In this document: piece by piece, positions 12,481 through 27,061 of the stretch
How the letters are laid out: each line of letters starts with the position of its first letter
How positions within the stretch are numbered: the first letter of the stretch is position 1
From: Eledone cirrhosa
Lineage: Eukaryota
Reading direction: 5' to 3'
Length of the DNA: 64,000 bases
Assembly: GCA_964016885.1 (NCBI GenBank)
Contig: OZ024741.1
Span: 164,238,001 to 164,302,000, forward strand
Position numbers and translations under genes: made by a program
Notes under the pieces: generated by a model
What the model saw: only the letters and a program-made list of their open reading frames with translations
The model's database searches: none
Told to the model about the DNA's origin: nothing

Positions 12481-13521
12481 TATATACATATACATACACA
12501 CACACACATATATATGTGTATATAAATACACACAAACACATACATATACACATATATACATACGCACATAAATATCAACACATCCATACATACACATACA
12601 TATATACAACCACACACACATATATACACACATACATACACATAGAAACATAAATATAAATACATATACATACACACATATACATACATATACATATATA
12701 TATATGTGTGTGTACAAGCATACACATACACAAACATAGCCATACACACATACATATACATACATACATACATGCACACAATCATACATATATACACACG
12801 TACATACATACACATACATAAATGCACTCCTCTACATATTCACACACGCAAATAAATATAAGAAAAAAAATATAGATATATATATATATAAAAAAAAAAA
12901 AAATTTTGACAGCGATACAGACTGCAGCTAACTGGACAGACACGCGTGGTAGGTAATACACACAAATGCACGTATACATACGTACGAAATAATAAATACA
13001 TACACACACTCTCGCACATAAATATACATATACAAATACATAAACACATACATACACATACACAAATACATGCACAAACACGCACACGTATACAATTATA
13101 CATACACATATGTATATGTAATTATATACACATACATATATATATATATGTACATAAATATAAAAATACACACACACACATATATGTATACATACACACA
13201 CACATATACATAGCTATACAATTATACACATACAAATACGTACATATCATAAGTACGCACAACCAAATACAAACACACACACACACACATACATATATAT
13301 AAATATATATACATACACATATACATGTGTGTGTGTGTGTAAAACTCAGTCTTAGATAATTCATATGAACCTTACATATATATAGTAGTATGGTAATAAA
13401 GTAATAAGCAACATAAAGCAATTATTCCATTCACCAGTGTTTTCTTAAAAGCAAAAAATGTTTCCTTCAATCTTCAGAATGAAAAAACCTGGTCTATCTA
13501 CATATACATATATATACACAC

Positions 13522-13614
<93 letters not shown>

Positions 13615-13616
<2 letters not shown>

Positions 13617-13971
13617 AATATACATACACATACACATAGGTATGTGAAGGGCAAGGCAAAAAGAATATATGGGGGGGGGGGCATAGGAAAAGGTGAATTA
13701 TAAGGGGAGGTAAGGGAGAAAAAATATATATACAAGAGTACAGAACGTAGATTCAGCAAAATAAAAACCGTAGCAGAAGTAAAGAGCAGAGAGTTCAAGG
13801 CGGTTGATTTATCATAGGAGTGTCAATCCAGTTACAGATCAGATGCGATTTCAGATGAGGACAGCATCTGAAGATCTCAGTCTTTGAGTTAAGGCAAGCG
13901 GAAGTGGCTCTAAAGTTTAGCAAAATCCGATACTTTTCTGTGGTACACAAAGAACAATTCTTTGTGCCCCT
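13615..13971 (-). repeat. Inverted copy of the 3' end of the PLE at 13972-15680
   Basis: Encodes the same C-terminus (RGTKNCSLC...[24 protein letters not shown]) on the minus strand as 15320-15496 on plus. Confidence 0.9.
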
Positions 13972-15833
<1,862 letters not shown>

Positions 15834-16006
15834 ATTTATTGAAATAACAGATTAAAGTTTAAGCAAAGAATCGCTGCTTTCACCCTTAACGGGATCTTCT
15901 GAAACTAACAAAGTCAATCTGTAAACGCAGAACTGGATATTAAAAAAAACGTTGCAACCGGAGGAAGACAGGAAGACGATACTTTGGTTCATGGTGATGT
16001 TTACTA

Positions 16007-16039
<33 letters not shown>

Positions 16040-16041
16040 GC

Positions 16042-16223
<182 letters not shown>

Positions 16224-16432
16224 ATATATATATATATATAAATATATGTATATATATAAATATATATATATATAACGAAGGAAATGTGGTAAGGAACCAG
16301 GTGGACCATAACGCACCAAAGTACTCAATACTTGGGGTAGTAGAGTGGGTAATAGGAACCAGTAAGACCCCGACGGCTGAGCTCAAGAGCCGTCGAAACG
16401 GCTTGAGCTCGGCCGTCGGGGTCTTACTGGTT

Positions 16433-16495
<63 letters not shown>

Positions 16496-16527
16496 AGATC
16501 AAAAGATGGTTAAAGGAGTTCCATGTA

Positions 16528-16594
16528 TTTTATTATGCGCATTTCAAAAACAAACATCATCATGCAATAATATTTGTGTTTTCATCAGATAAAA
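16528..16594 (-). ncRNA. Minimal type I hammerhead ribozyme (family C)
   Basis: ttttat-CTGATGA-long stem II-GAAA-t.gcgc.ATA-ataaaa, with palindromic loop III GCGC. Confidence 0.85.
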
Positions 16595-16792
16595 CAGGAG
16601 AACATGATATGAAGGCTAAAAAACACTTGTGGATAGTGCAGTTTTAAATCAACATATACTGCACTATCCACAAGTGCACTATCCACAAGTGTTTTTTAGC
16701 CTTCATATCATGTTCTCCAGTCCTACAAACTGTAGTGTGCTTCTTATCCAATATCTGCATTGCTTTATTGTACTACAATAAAACTCACCTCC

Positions 16793-16827
<35 letters not shown>

Positions 16828-16829
16828 AA

Positions 16830-17279
16830 AGTTATATTTAAAATTGTTGGGTTACAACTAGTAAATATTTATAACTGATATAAAAGCACTCGACAAATAT
16901 TTGGAGTATATTTACAATATTAAATAAATGGAAACTATATTTATAAAACCATATTTATTTCATTATATATATTTCGGGGATATCATATTAACAATATGCT
17001 ATGCCTTCCTCAGACAAAATACAATATAAACTGTTTTATAGATAAATAGATTCGACATACCGTAACAACACCGACTTGCATTTGGGGAGGTTGAGCTGGC
17101 AGCTCAACCTCCCCAAATGCAAGTCGGTGTTGTTACGGTATGTCGAATCTATTTATCTATAAAACAGTTTATATTGTATTTTGTCTGAGGAAGGCATAGC
17201 ATATTGTTAATATGATATCCCCGAAATATATATAATGAAATAAATATGGTTTTATAAATATAGTTTCCATTTATTTAAT

Positions 17280-17285
<6 letters not shown>
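16830..17285. repeat. Fold-back palindrome of PLE 3' end containing two family A hammerhead motifs (16956-17021 -, 17177-17242 +)
   Basis: Arms are reverse-complementary about GTTGAGCTGGCAGCTCAAC (~17098). Each arm has tattttgt-CTGAGGA...GAAA-t.atat.ATA-atgaaata. Confidence 0.85.
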
Positions 17286-17354
<69 letters not shown>

Positions 17355-17355
<1 letters not shown>

Positions 17356-17909
17356 AAGTTATATTTAAAATTGTTGGGTTACAACTAGTAAATATTTATA
17401 ACTGATATAAAAGCACTCGACAAATATTTGGAGTATATTTACAATATTAAATAAATGGAAAACTATATTTATAAAACCATATTTATTTCATTATATATAT
17501 TTCGGGGATATCATATTAACAATATGCTATGCCTTCATCAGACAAAATACAATATAAACAGTTTTATAGATAAATATATTCGACATACCTTAATAAACAT
17601 CAACTTCATTTGAAGAGGTTTACGCTAGCAGTGAAAATACAGAGAGAAAGAAAGAGAGAAAGAAAAGAGGGAAAAACGAAAGAAAGAAAGACAAAACGAA
17701 GAAAAGGAAGAAAAAGAAGAAAAAGAAAAAGAAGAAATGCATGGAACAAAATAGAGAGATGGAAAAATAGATAAAGTGAAGAGCTTCATGTAAAGAGACA
17801 GAAAGATATATATATATAGAGAGAGAGAGGAAATAGAGATAGATACATATATATATATAGAAAATTAGGTAGTGGGAGGTCATTTTGAGTAAGTGTATCA
17901 ATGATACAT

Positions 17910-17948
<39 letters not shown>

Positions 17949-18390
17949 GCTCAAGTATTAATGTAAGGGAGATATATAGAGAGATATAGAGAGAGAAAAA
18001 AATTTAAAAATATCCAGACATATTCGAGGCGTAGAAAACCCTATGTTTTAATGTATTAGTATTTATAAAACTTACACTACACTGTAAATATCAGTATTCC
18101 TGAATGAAACAAGTATTCACAATGTGTGAAAATTCATTATCTTATGTTTAGTTTTAAAAATTCATATGTCTATGTGACAGCTACAAATCTCAATGTGAAT
18201 CCAACTGATTCACTCCGCAAACTCTAAGTTATCGGAAAACATTCTCAATGTGGTATAAAAATTTGAGCGTATTATTATTCTTGCGATTACTCTACAAGAT
18301 TATCTATCAAGCAGAAATAGAGAGCAGATTTCAATATACTAATCGAAAATATATATTATATTATAAACAAAGATAACAATAATAATAATA
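17355..18390 (-). repeat. Inverted copy of the 3' region of the PLE at 18390-21800 (includes HHR 17484-17549)
   Basis: Reverse complement of ~20855-21800. The ORF track shows near-identical 93-aa translations at 17620-17901 (-) and 21342-21623 (+). Confidence 0.9.
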
Positions 18391-18407
18391 AGGCCGAACT
18401 TGAGAAA

Positions 18408-20162
18408 ATGAATGTTGAAGCATCTTGTATAATGCATGAGTTGGAAATTGAGAACAGAACACAACCTTTCGTGCCCAGGAAACCGAAGATCAATATGAAG
18501 GACCACAAGAACAATTTTGAAAATGACCTGCCAGTGAGATTGATCGCACCTTCAAAATCGGACCTGGGAAAATTAAGTAAAAGCATTCTTGACAGGGTGA
18601 TACTGCAAATTAAGAACTTGGATTGTGTATCTAACCTGAGCTTGTGGAAGGGAACTGGAGAGGTTGTTGAGTGGTTTAGGCAAATTAAATATGACAATAA
18701 TAATAGGTTTATTCAACTTGATATAGCTAACTATTATTCTTCTATTACCCCTAGTCTACTAAATAGGGCACTAAATTACGCATTCAAGCATACGGACCTA
18801 ACTAGCAAAGAAATGCATATTATATTATCGGCTAGGAAAACTCTGATAGAATTTAATGACAAATTATGGACTAGAGCAGATAGAGATAGCAATTTTGACA
18901 TAACTATGGGATCTTCCGACTCAGCTCAGGTAACTGACCTTGTGGGCTTATTTTTAATCAATTCGCTACATAGGAAAATACCTGGTACTACCGGAGGTTT
19001 ATATAGGGATGACATGCTTTTACTTATTAATAATAATAACCCTGAACTAAATAGAAAATGTAAACAAATTACAAAATTTTTTAATTACTTTAACCTTAAA
19101 ATAGAAATTGAGAACAACCATAGAATAGTCAATTTCCTAGATATAACATTAAATCTCAACACATGTCTCCACTATCCTTTTCACAAGTTGAATGAAAACT
19201 TAAACTATGTCAACTTTAACTCTAACCACCCCAGATCTGTCAAAAACACTATAGTAAACTCAGTCCAAAAACGTATCTCTAGGATCTCGTCGAATAGAAA
19301 GATTTTTGACGAAAAGGCCCAATACTATAATGATGCACTAGCTAGGGCAGGGTATGCTGATAAGATTGTATACATAGATAATGATAGACAAACTAAACAA
19401 AGTAACAACTTTTTTAATTACGGCAACAACATTAACAACTATAATAGAAAGCATTACAATAATTCCAAAGGACAAAAAAGAAATAGAACTAGGAACATAA
19501 TTTGGTTTGCCCCCCCTTTCTCACTAAACATTAAAACCCACATCGCTAAATTATTTTTCAAAGCTCTTGATAATCGCTTCCCTAGAACACATAGGTATCA
19601 CTCAATCTTCAATAGGCATACAATTAAATTAACCTACTCATCCACCAAAAATTTAGCACAAAATATTAATAGAATAAATAATAGGAACTTAAAACCTACT
19701 GATAATAGCATAAATAATATACAAGTTAACAAATGTAACTGTAGAGATAGATCTAAATGTCCGTTAAATAACAACTGCTTAGTTAAAAATATAGTATACA
19801 ATTGTAATGTTAATACTGACTCTAATTCTTTTAACTACGTCGGTTCCACATCGACGGAATTTAAACTTCGCTATAATAACCACAAGAATTCTTTCACAGA
19901 TCCAAATAAAAAATCTTCAACGGCACTATCAGGGGTACTCTGGCAACTTAAGCTAGATAACGTTAGATATTCGACGGCTTGGAATATAGTCTCAAGAGGG
20001 ATTCCTTTTAATTCATCCTCTGAGACATGTGACCTCTGCGCAGAGGAGATATTCTTTATACTAAAATCTAAAAACTCCCTTAACCTACGGACAAATTTAT
20101 TCAGTTGTTGCAAACATAGATTAAACTCAACGTTTAAATATAAATTTAAATTTAAAATGTAG
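18408..20162 (+). CDS. Penelope-like element RT + GIY-YIG endonuclease, uninterrupted 584 aa (probably N-terminally truncated; Hydra-clade-like)
   Basis: PVRLIAPSKSDLG, QLDIANYYSSIT, FDITMGSSD, GLYRDDM, NFLDITL, SNHP, IIWFAPPFS, CNCRDRSKCPLNNNC, IVYNC...YVGST...FKLRYNNH, CDLC...E, CCKH. Confidence 0.93.
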   Translation: MNVEASCIMHELEIENRTQPFVPRKPKINMKDHKNNFENDLPVRLIAPSKSDLGKLSKSILDRVILQIKNLDCVSNLSLWKGTGEVVEWFRQIKYDNNNRFIQLDIANYYSSITPSLLNRALNYAFKHTDLTSKEMHIILSARKTLIEFNDKLWTRADRDSNFDITMGSSDSAQVTDLVGLFLINSLHRKIPGTTGGLYRDDMLLLINNNNPELNRKCKQITKFFNYFNLKIEIENNHRIVNFLDITLNLNTCLHYPFHKLNENLNYVNFNSNHPRSVKNTIVNSVQKRISRISSNRKIFDEKAQYYNDALARAGYADKIVYIDNDRQTKQSNNFFNYGNNINNYNRKHYNNSKGQKRNRTRNIIWFAPPFSLNIKTHIAKLFFKALDNRFPRTHRYHSIFNRHTIKLTYSSTKNLAQNINRINNRNLKPTDNSINNIQVNKCNCRDRSKCPLNNNCLVKNIVYNCNVNTDSNSFNYVGSTSTEFKLRYNNHKNSFTDPNKKSSTALSGVLWQLKLDNVRYSTAWNIVSRGIPFNSSSETCDLCAEEIFFILKSKNSLNLRTNLFSCCKHRLNSTFKYKFKFKM

Positions 20163-21298
20163 TATATTTAGTTTGATTTATATTTATATGAGAACTAGCC
20201 GATAAATCTTTTGATTCCTAAATCTTTGATTCCCTCGTTTTACTCTTTTTATTGTTTATTTTATTTTATTTATTTTTATTTTTATCTAAACATTCCTCAT
20301 GAAAAATTATGCTACCCTAAAAGCCGATGCTCCAAATTTTTTGAATTAACCTTACACTAGATAAACTTCTATATTAAACATAGGAACATATGTAGACATT
20401 ATTGGACATCATAATCTTTTTACGATATTCTTTGCTAGATGTGATTTGATAGATAATTTTTGGCTTTGTCTTGTAGTGAACTTGGCAATATATTGTCAAT
20501 TAACTTTGAAGGGTTGTTTTTTGTGGTTTATTTTTATTTTCATTTTTATTTTTATTTTTATTTTTATTTTTATTTTTATTTTTATTTTTACTTTTATTCT
20601 TTTAGTATTGTAGTATTCTATAATATTTTTATTTTTATTTTATTTTTTTTTAATATTTTTATATATTTTTATATGTAAATTTTTATATGTAAATTTTTAT
20701 ATGTATATTTTTATATGTAAATTTTTATATGTAAATTTTTATACGTAATATTTTTTAATACGTAGTATTTTTAATATGCAATATTTTTATTATGTAATAT
20801 TCTTTCGTAATATTTTTTTAGTTTTCTATTCTATATTTTTATATATTTTTACTTATTATTATTATTATTGTTATCTTTGTTTATAATATAATATATATTT
20901 TCGATTAGTATATTGAAATCTGCTCTCTATTTCTGCTTGATAGATAATCTTGTAGAGTAATCGCAAGAATAATAATACGCTCAAATTTTTATACCACATT
21001 GAGAATGTTTTCCGATAACTTAGAGTTTGCGGAGTGAATCAGTTGGATTCACATTGAGATTTGTAGCTGTCACATAGACATATGAATTTTTAAAACTAAA
21101 CATAAGATAATGAATTTTCACACATTGTGAATACTTGTTTCATTCAGGAATACTGATATTTACAGTGTAGTGTAAGTTTTATAAATACTAATACATTAAA
21201 ACATAGGGTTTTCTACGCCTCGAATATGTCTGGATATTTTTAAATTTTTTTCTCTCTCTATATCTCTCTATATATCTCCCTTACATTAATACTTGAGC

Positions 21299-21333
<35 letters not shown>

Positions 21334-21693
21334 ATGTATCATTGATACACTTACTCAAAATGACCTCCCACTACCTAATTTTCTATATATATATATGTAT
21401 CTATCTCTATTTCCTCTCTCTCTATATATATATATATCTTTCTGTCTCTTTACATGAAGCTCTTCACTTTATCTATTTTTCCATCTCTCTATTTTGTTCC
21501 ATGCATTTCTTCTTTTTCTTTTTCTTCTTTTTCTTCCTTTTCTTCGTTTTGTCTTTCTTTCTTTCGTTTTTCCCTCTTTTCTTTCTCTCTTTCTTTCTCT
21601 CTGTATTTTCACTGCTAGCGTAAACCTCTTCAAATGAAGTTGATGTTTATTACGGTATGTCGAATATATTTATCTATAAAACTGTTTATATTG

Positions 21694-21759
21694 TATTTTG
21701 TCTGATGAAGGCATAGCATATTGTTAATATGATATCCCCGAAATATATATAATGAAATA
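21694..21759 (+). ncRNA. Minimal type I hammerhead ribozyme in PLE 3' region (family A)
   Basis: tattttgt-CTGATGA-aggcatagcatatt.gtt.aatatgatatcccc-GAAA-t.atat.ATA-atgaaata. Stem II has mismatches, including the closing pair. Further copies at 21866-21931 (-) and 22201-22266 (+). Confidence 0.8.
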
Positions 21760-22439
21760 AATATGGTTTTATAAATATAGTTTTCCATTTATTTAATATT
21801 GTATATATATATATATACATATACAATATTAAATAAATGGAAAACTATATTTATAAAACCATATTTATTTCATTATATATATTTCGGGGATATCATATTA
21901 ACAATATGTTATGCCTTCATCAGACAAAATACAATATAAACAGTTTTATAGATAAATATATTCGACATACCGTAATAAACATCAACTTCATTTGAAGAGG
22001 TTTACTCTAGCATTTCTTCTTTTTCTTTTTCTTCTTTTTCTTCCTCTTCTTCGTTTTGTCTTTCTTTCTTTCTTTTTTCCCTCTTTTCTTTCTCTCTTTC
22101 TTTCTCTCTGTATTTTCACTGCTAGAGTAAACCTCTTCAAATGAAGTTGATGTTTATTACGGTATGTCGAATATATTTATCTATAAAACTGTTTATATTG
22201 TATTTTGTCTGATGAAGGCATAACATATTGTTAATATGATATCCCCGAAATATATATAATGAAATAAATATGGTTTTATAAATATAGTTTTCCATTTATT
22301 TAATATTGTAAATATACTCCAAATATTTGTCGAGTGCTTTTATATCAGTTATAAATATTTACTAGTTGTAACCCAACAATTTTAAATATAACTTTACATA
22401 TATATATATATATATATTTGTGTGTGTATATGTATGTAT

Positions 22440-23267
22440 ATGTAGATAGACCAGGTTTTTTCATTCTGAAGATTGAAGGAAACATTTTTTGCTTTTAAGA
22501 AACCACTGATGAATGGAATAATTGCTTTATGTTGCTTATTACTTTATTACCTTACTACTATATATATGTAAGGTTCATATGAATTATCTAAGACTGAGTT
22601 TTACACACACACACATGTATATGTGTATGTATGTGTATGTATATATATTTATATATATGTATGTGTGTGTGTGTGTGTGTTTGTATTTGGTTGTGCGTAC
22701 TTATGATATGTACGTATTTGTATGTGTATAATTGTATAGCTATGTATGTATATGTGTGTGTGTATGTATACATATATGTGTGTGTGTGTATTTTTATATT
22801 TATGTATATATATATATATATGTATGTGTATATAATTACATATACATATGTGTATGTATAATTGTACACGTGTGCGTGTGCGTGTTTGTGCATGTATTTA
22901 TGTATGTGTATGTATGTGTTTATGTATTTGTATATGTATATTTATGTGCGAGAGTGTGTGTATGTATTTACTATTTCGTACGTATGTATACGTGCATTTG
23001 TGTGTATTACCTATCCCGCGTGCCTGTCCAGTTAGCTGCAGTCTGTATCGCTGCCAAAAATTTTTTTAATTTTTTATATATATATCTATATTTTTTTTCT
23101 TATATTTATTTGCGTGTGTGAATATGTAGAGGAGTGCATTTATGTATGTGTATGTATGTACGTGTGTAAATATGTATGATTGTGTGCATGTATGTATGTA
23201 TGTATGTATGTATATGTATGTGTGTATGGCTATGTTTGTGTATGTGTATGCTTGTACACACACACAT

Positions 23268-23299
<32 letters not shown>

Positions 23300-23518
23300 G
23301 TATGTATATCTGTGTATGTATATGTATTTATATTTATGTTTCTATGTGTATGTATGTGTGTATATATGTGTGTGTGGTTGTATATATGTATGTGTATATA
23401 TGGATGTGTTGATATTTATGTGCGTATGTATATATGTGTATATGTATGTGTTTGTGTGTATTTATATACACATATATATGTGTGTATATATGTGTGTGTG
23501 TATGTGTGTATGTATATG

Positions 23519-23591
<73 letters not shown>

Positions 23592-23840
23592 ATGTATGCT
23601 TTTGTGTGTGAGTGTGCGTGTTTTTGTGTGTGTGTTTGCATGTGTAGTTTTATTTTATTTTTACTTTCCTTCTTCCTTGTCCAGCCTCACTTTCATATAG
23701 ATTGCATTTTTGTTTTTAAAATCCAAATTCAATAAACAGACCAAAATTTTTTCATTCTGAGGATTGAAAGCAAACTCTTTTGCTTTTAAGAAACCACTGG
23801 TAAATGGAATAATTGCCTTATGTTGTTTATTACATAACTA
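22440..23840 (+). mobile_element. Non-coding element bounded by ~100-bp direct repeats that each contain a hammerhead motif (retrozyme-like or non-autonomous PLE)
   Basis: Direct repeats at ~22447-22545 and ~23735-23835. An inverted second copy lies at 9310-9625 plus 12445-13500, split by the PLE insertion. Confidence 0.7.
23751..23809 (+). ncRNA. Type I hammerhead ribozyme (family B)
   Basis: ttcatt-CTGAGGA-ttgaaagcaaa...tttgcttttaa-GAAA-cc.act.g-GTA-aatgga; predicted cleavage after 23802. Confidence 0.85.
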
Positions 23841-23858
23841 TATATACATATATACAAA

Positions 23859-23937
23859 CACAGTGTCCCAAAATATGTATGCACACTTCAACAGCAAAGT
23901 AATCAAAGTGTGTATATATTTTGGAGGGGACACCGTG
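23859..23937. mobile_element. Tiny Tc1/mariner-type MITE
   Basis: Imperfect TIRs CAGTGTCCCAAAATATGTATGCACACTT / AAGTGTGTATATATTTTGG..GGGACACCG; a related copy is at 41356-41458. Confidence 0.6.
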
Positions 23938-23989
23938 TGTATATATATATATATATGTGTGTGTGTGTGCATGTGTAACTAGTAAAACT

Positions 23990-24217
23990 GTAAAAACGCA
24001 GCGGTATATTTTAATTTGGCCCTTTTAAGGGCCACAAATATTTTCATTTAAGTAACTCCACTTACATCTATATGCTTTAATAAAAAAAAAATTAAAAAAA
24101 TCGTGAAAAAAAAAATTTCATTTAAGTAACTCCACTTACGCGTGGTAGTAATACGGAAATAAACGATGTTTTGCTTCATCGGCTGCTTCGACTGACAGCT
24201 AATAGTGTTGTAGTGCC
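23990..24217. mobile_element. Merlin-related non-autonomous fragment
   Basis: Reverse-complement similarity to 61918-62210; ends in TGACAGCTAATAGTGTTGTAGTGCC like 62294-62317. Confidence 0.7.
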
Positions 24218-24547
24218 GAATGGTACTATAATGGCATAGTGGTCTCAGTGTCGTTTACAGTGCTCTGTGGTATTTGTCAGTTTTCTGCGCTCTGAGCTCA
24301 GGTGTTGCCTTTCAACTTTACGTGATACAGAAATAAACAAACCATTAACCACTGAATGGATATTATCGATGTCACTCTCGCGCGCACATCTCTATCTTGA
24401 AAGTGATTAGCTTCAACGAGTCATTTTCTTCTTTTGCCGGATACTTACACACATACGCATACACACACACATATATATATATATGTGTCCCAAGGCTCTG
24501 ATACCATCAACACTATAAACACAGCTGGCATATCTAAGAACTGACTA

Positions 24548-24603
24548 ACTGCCTGATGAGGTCATAGCCATTCAATGGCTATCATCGAAATATATATAGC
24601 AGT
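24548..24603 (+). ncRNA. Minimal type I hammerhead ribozyme (family D)
   Basis: actgc-CTGATGA-ggtcatagccatt.c.aatggctatcatc-GAAA-t.atat.ATA-gcagt; predicted cleavage after 24598; AATAAA follows. Confidence 0.88.
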
Positions 24604-24659
24604 AAATAAAGGATTATGAGTTCATGCAATTGACTTATGCTTCGTCACTACAGTTGACA

Positions 24660-25655
24660 GGTCGGGGATGTTTGAAATTCTACAACTCTATGGGATTCCT
24701 GATAAAATCATACGCGGCCATACCAAATCAACTGTCCTGACCCCAGATGGGGAAACACCACCTTTCTCAATCCTCGCTGGAATTTTACAGTGCGATACCC
24801 TTGCTCCATATCTATTTATCATTGTTGTGGATAGGATTCAGGATAGGGGATACCAACTACAGCCTAGGAGAAGCTCACGCTACCCAGCAAAATACTTGAC
24901 CGACACCGACTTTGCTGACGACATCGCACATGGAAAATGCTGAGAGTCTTTTGAAGTCATTAGAGCAAGCGTCCAACTGTGTTGGACTGTACCTCAACGA
25001 ATCCAAGACTGAGTATGTGAACAGATGCGCAAACAGCCAAAACTACCCCATCAGAACCCTTAATGGTACCACCCTTAAGCAGGTGGAATATTACAAGTAT
25101 CTTGGCTCATATATCTCCTCCTCCAAAAAAGATTTTCTAACCAGGAAGGGTATGGCATGGTCAGCGTGCAATGACATGCACGCCATATGGACATCTCAAC
25201 TTACCAACAAGCTAAAACTGGAAATATTCCAAGCAACCATTAAGCCCATATTACTTTATGGATCCGAAACTTGGACACTAACATCACAACTTGAGAGGAG
25301 ATTGGATGGCACATATACCCGCCTCTTAATGAGAGTGCAAAACCTATCCTGGAAACGACATCCCACCTTGTCTAAAATCTATGGCAAACTCCCTCGAGCC
25401 TCTGCCCTTCTAAAATCCCGGAGAGCTCAATTTGCTGGCCACTGTCACCGTGCCAGCAATGAAATCATATCCGCTCTCTTGCTCTGGAACCCTGACTCCA
25501 GCCTGACTAGGAGTAGGAAGCTGTCATTCCCTGACGTTATCTCTAGGGATACAGGAATCAGTAGACAGGACCTGGGGGCAGCGATGGGAGACAGGGAATT
25601 CTGGGGCATGAGGGTGAGATCCATCATCTCGACAGTAGTCGACGAATGATGATGA

Positions 25656-25659
<4 letters not shown>
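24660..25659 (+). mobile_element. 5'-truncated non-LTR retrotransposon (RTE-group) with (GAT)n tail
   Basis: GILQCDTLAPYLF, FADDI, YKYLGSYI, ILLYGSETWTLT, FAGHC; frameshift near 24930; ends GATGATGATGAT before (TA)n. Confidence 0.88.
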
Positions 25660-25721
<62 letters not shown>

Positions 25722-25789
25722 ATATATGAAGTAATTCCGTCGGAAAAGTCCAGGAAAAAAGAGTGCTCTATGTAGGTAACAGAGCTTAA

Positions 25790-26025
25790 TTATTATTATG
25801 TAATAAACAACATAAGGCAATTATTCCATTTACCAGTGGTTTCTTAAAAGCAAAAGGTTTTGCTTTCAAACCTCAGAATGAAAAAATCCTGGTTTGTTTA
25901 TTGAAATTCAATAAACAAACCAGGATTTTTTCATTCTGAGGATTGAAAGCAAAACCTTTTGCTTCTAAGAAACCACTGGTAAATGGAATAATTGCCTTAT
26001 GTTGTTTATTACATAATAATAATAA
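25790..26025. repeat. Fold-back palindrome with two family B hammerhead motifs (25824-25884 -, core mutated; 25930-25988 +, intact)
   Basis: Arms mirror about TTTATTGAAATTCAATAAA (~25905). Confidence 0.85.
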
Positions 26026-27061
26026 TATATATATATATATATATGCGTGACGATGCACGCAAATATTTATTTATACATATGTATGTGTTTATACATATGT
26101 ATGTGTATATATGTATGTGTATATATCTATGTGGTTGGGAGGTATGTTGCAGATATGCATAATATTAAACACATGAATGGTAATTGTATATATGAGGACA
26201 TGAATGTTAATCGTATATATTTGTCTGTATATACTGTGAAATTTTTATAACACAAAGAATGTATAGCAGTGATTAAGAGAAATCATTTACGTTTTGTATG
26301 GCTATATTGTTGGCTTGAGTAAACATAATTTCTATTTTCAGGATGTGCGTATCTATATGTATATATATATACATATATATTTGTATGTCCTTGCATGGAA
26401 TACTGATCTCTATAGCAAGGGTACATTTTGAACTCAGATTTTGATATATTGATCTCAAGTTTCCAAACTAAACATATAGTCATTATTGATCAATGTTTAA
26501 TTTCTCATATTATATATCTATGTCCCATTCATGAATATTGATACTTATATTTTTATTATTCATTTCATATAAATTGTTAACTCAACTTAATATGACATGA
26601 CGTAAAGTTTTCATTGCACCCCCTCTCTCTATATAGTATTTCTCTCTCTTGAGTTTTTCTCTCTGTGTGACGACTTGATATCTCTCTGTTGCTTTCCTTT
26701 GTTTTTCTTATTTCTTCCTTTTCTTTCTTTTTTTATTTTTTATTTTTATTTCCTCCTATCTTTATTTATCTCTTTCTTTTCTCCATACATTTCTCACTCT
26801 CTCCGTTATTTATCTCTTTCTTTTCTCCATACATTTCTCTCTTTCTCTCCGATTTTCTTTCTATCCAGGTTTTCTATCCAGGTTTTCTTTCTATCTTTCT
26901 CTCTCTCCGTCTTTTTTCTTTTTCTCCGTCTTTTTCCAATTGTGCTTAACACTATGACTTATTAAAACAATATAAACAAATCACTATCCAGACAGCCTCC
27001 GAAAGTAATGGTTGTATTTTAACGGGTACGTCAAAGCTATTTGTAAAACTGTTATATATTG

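Noticed and set aside
12272-13421. [12 protein letters not shown] ORFs (also 15493-16513, 22522-23735)
   Set aside because: Dinucleotide microsatellite translations.
15845-15935. CAGAAGA-tccc.gttaa.gggt-GAAA on minus (related palindrome at 8488-8612)
   Set aside because: Core U4 is substituted and no NUH or stem I could be assigned; not counted as an HHR.
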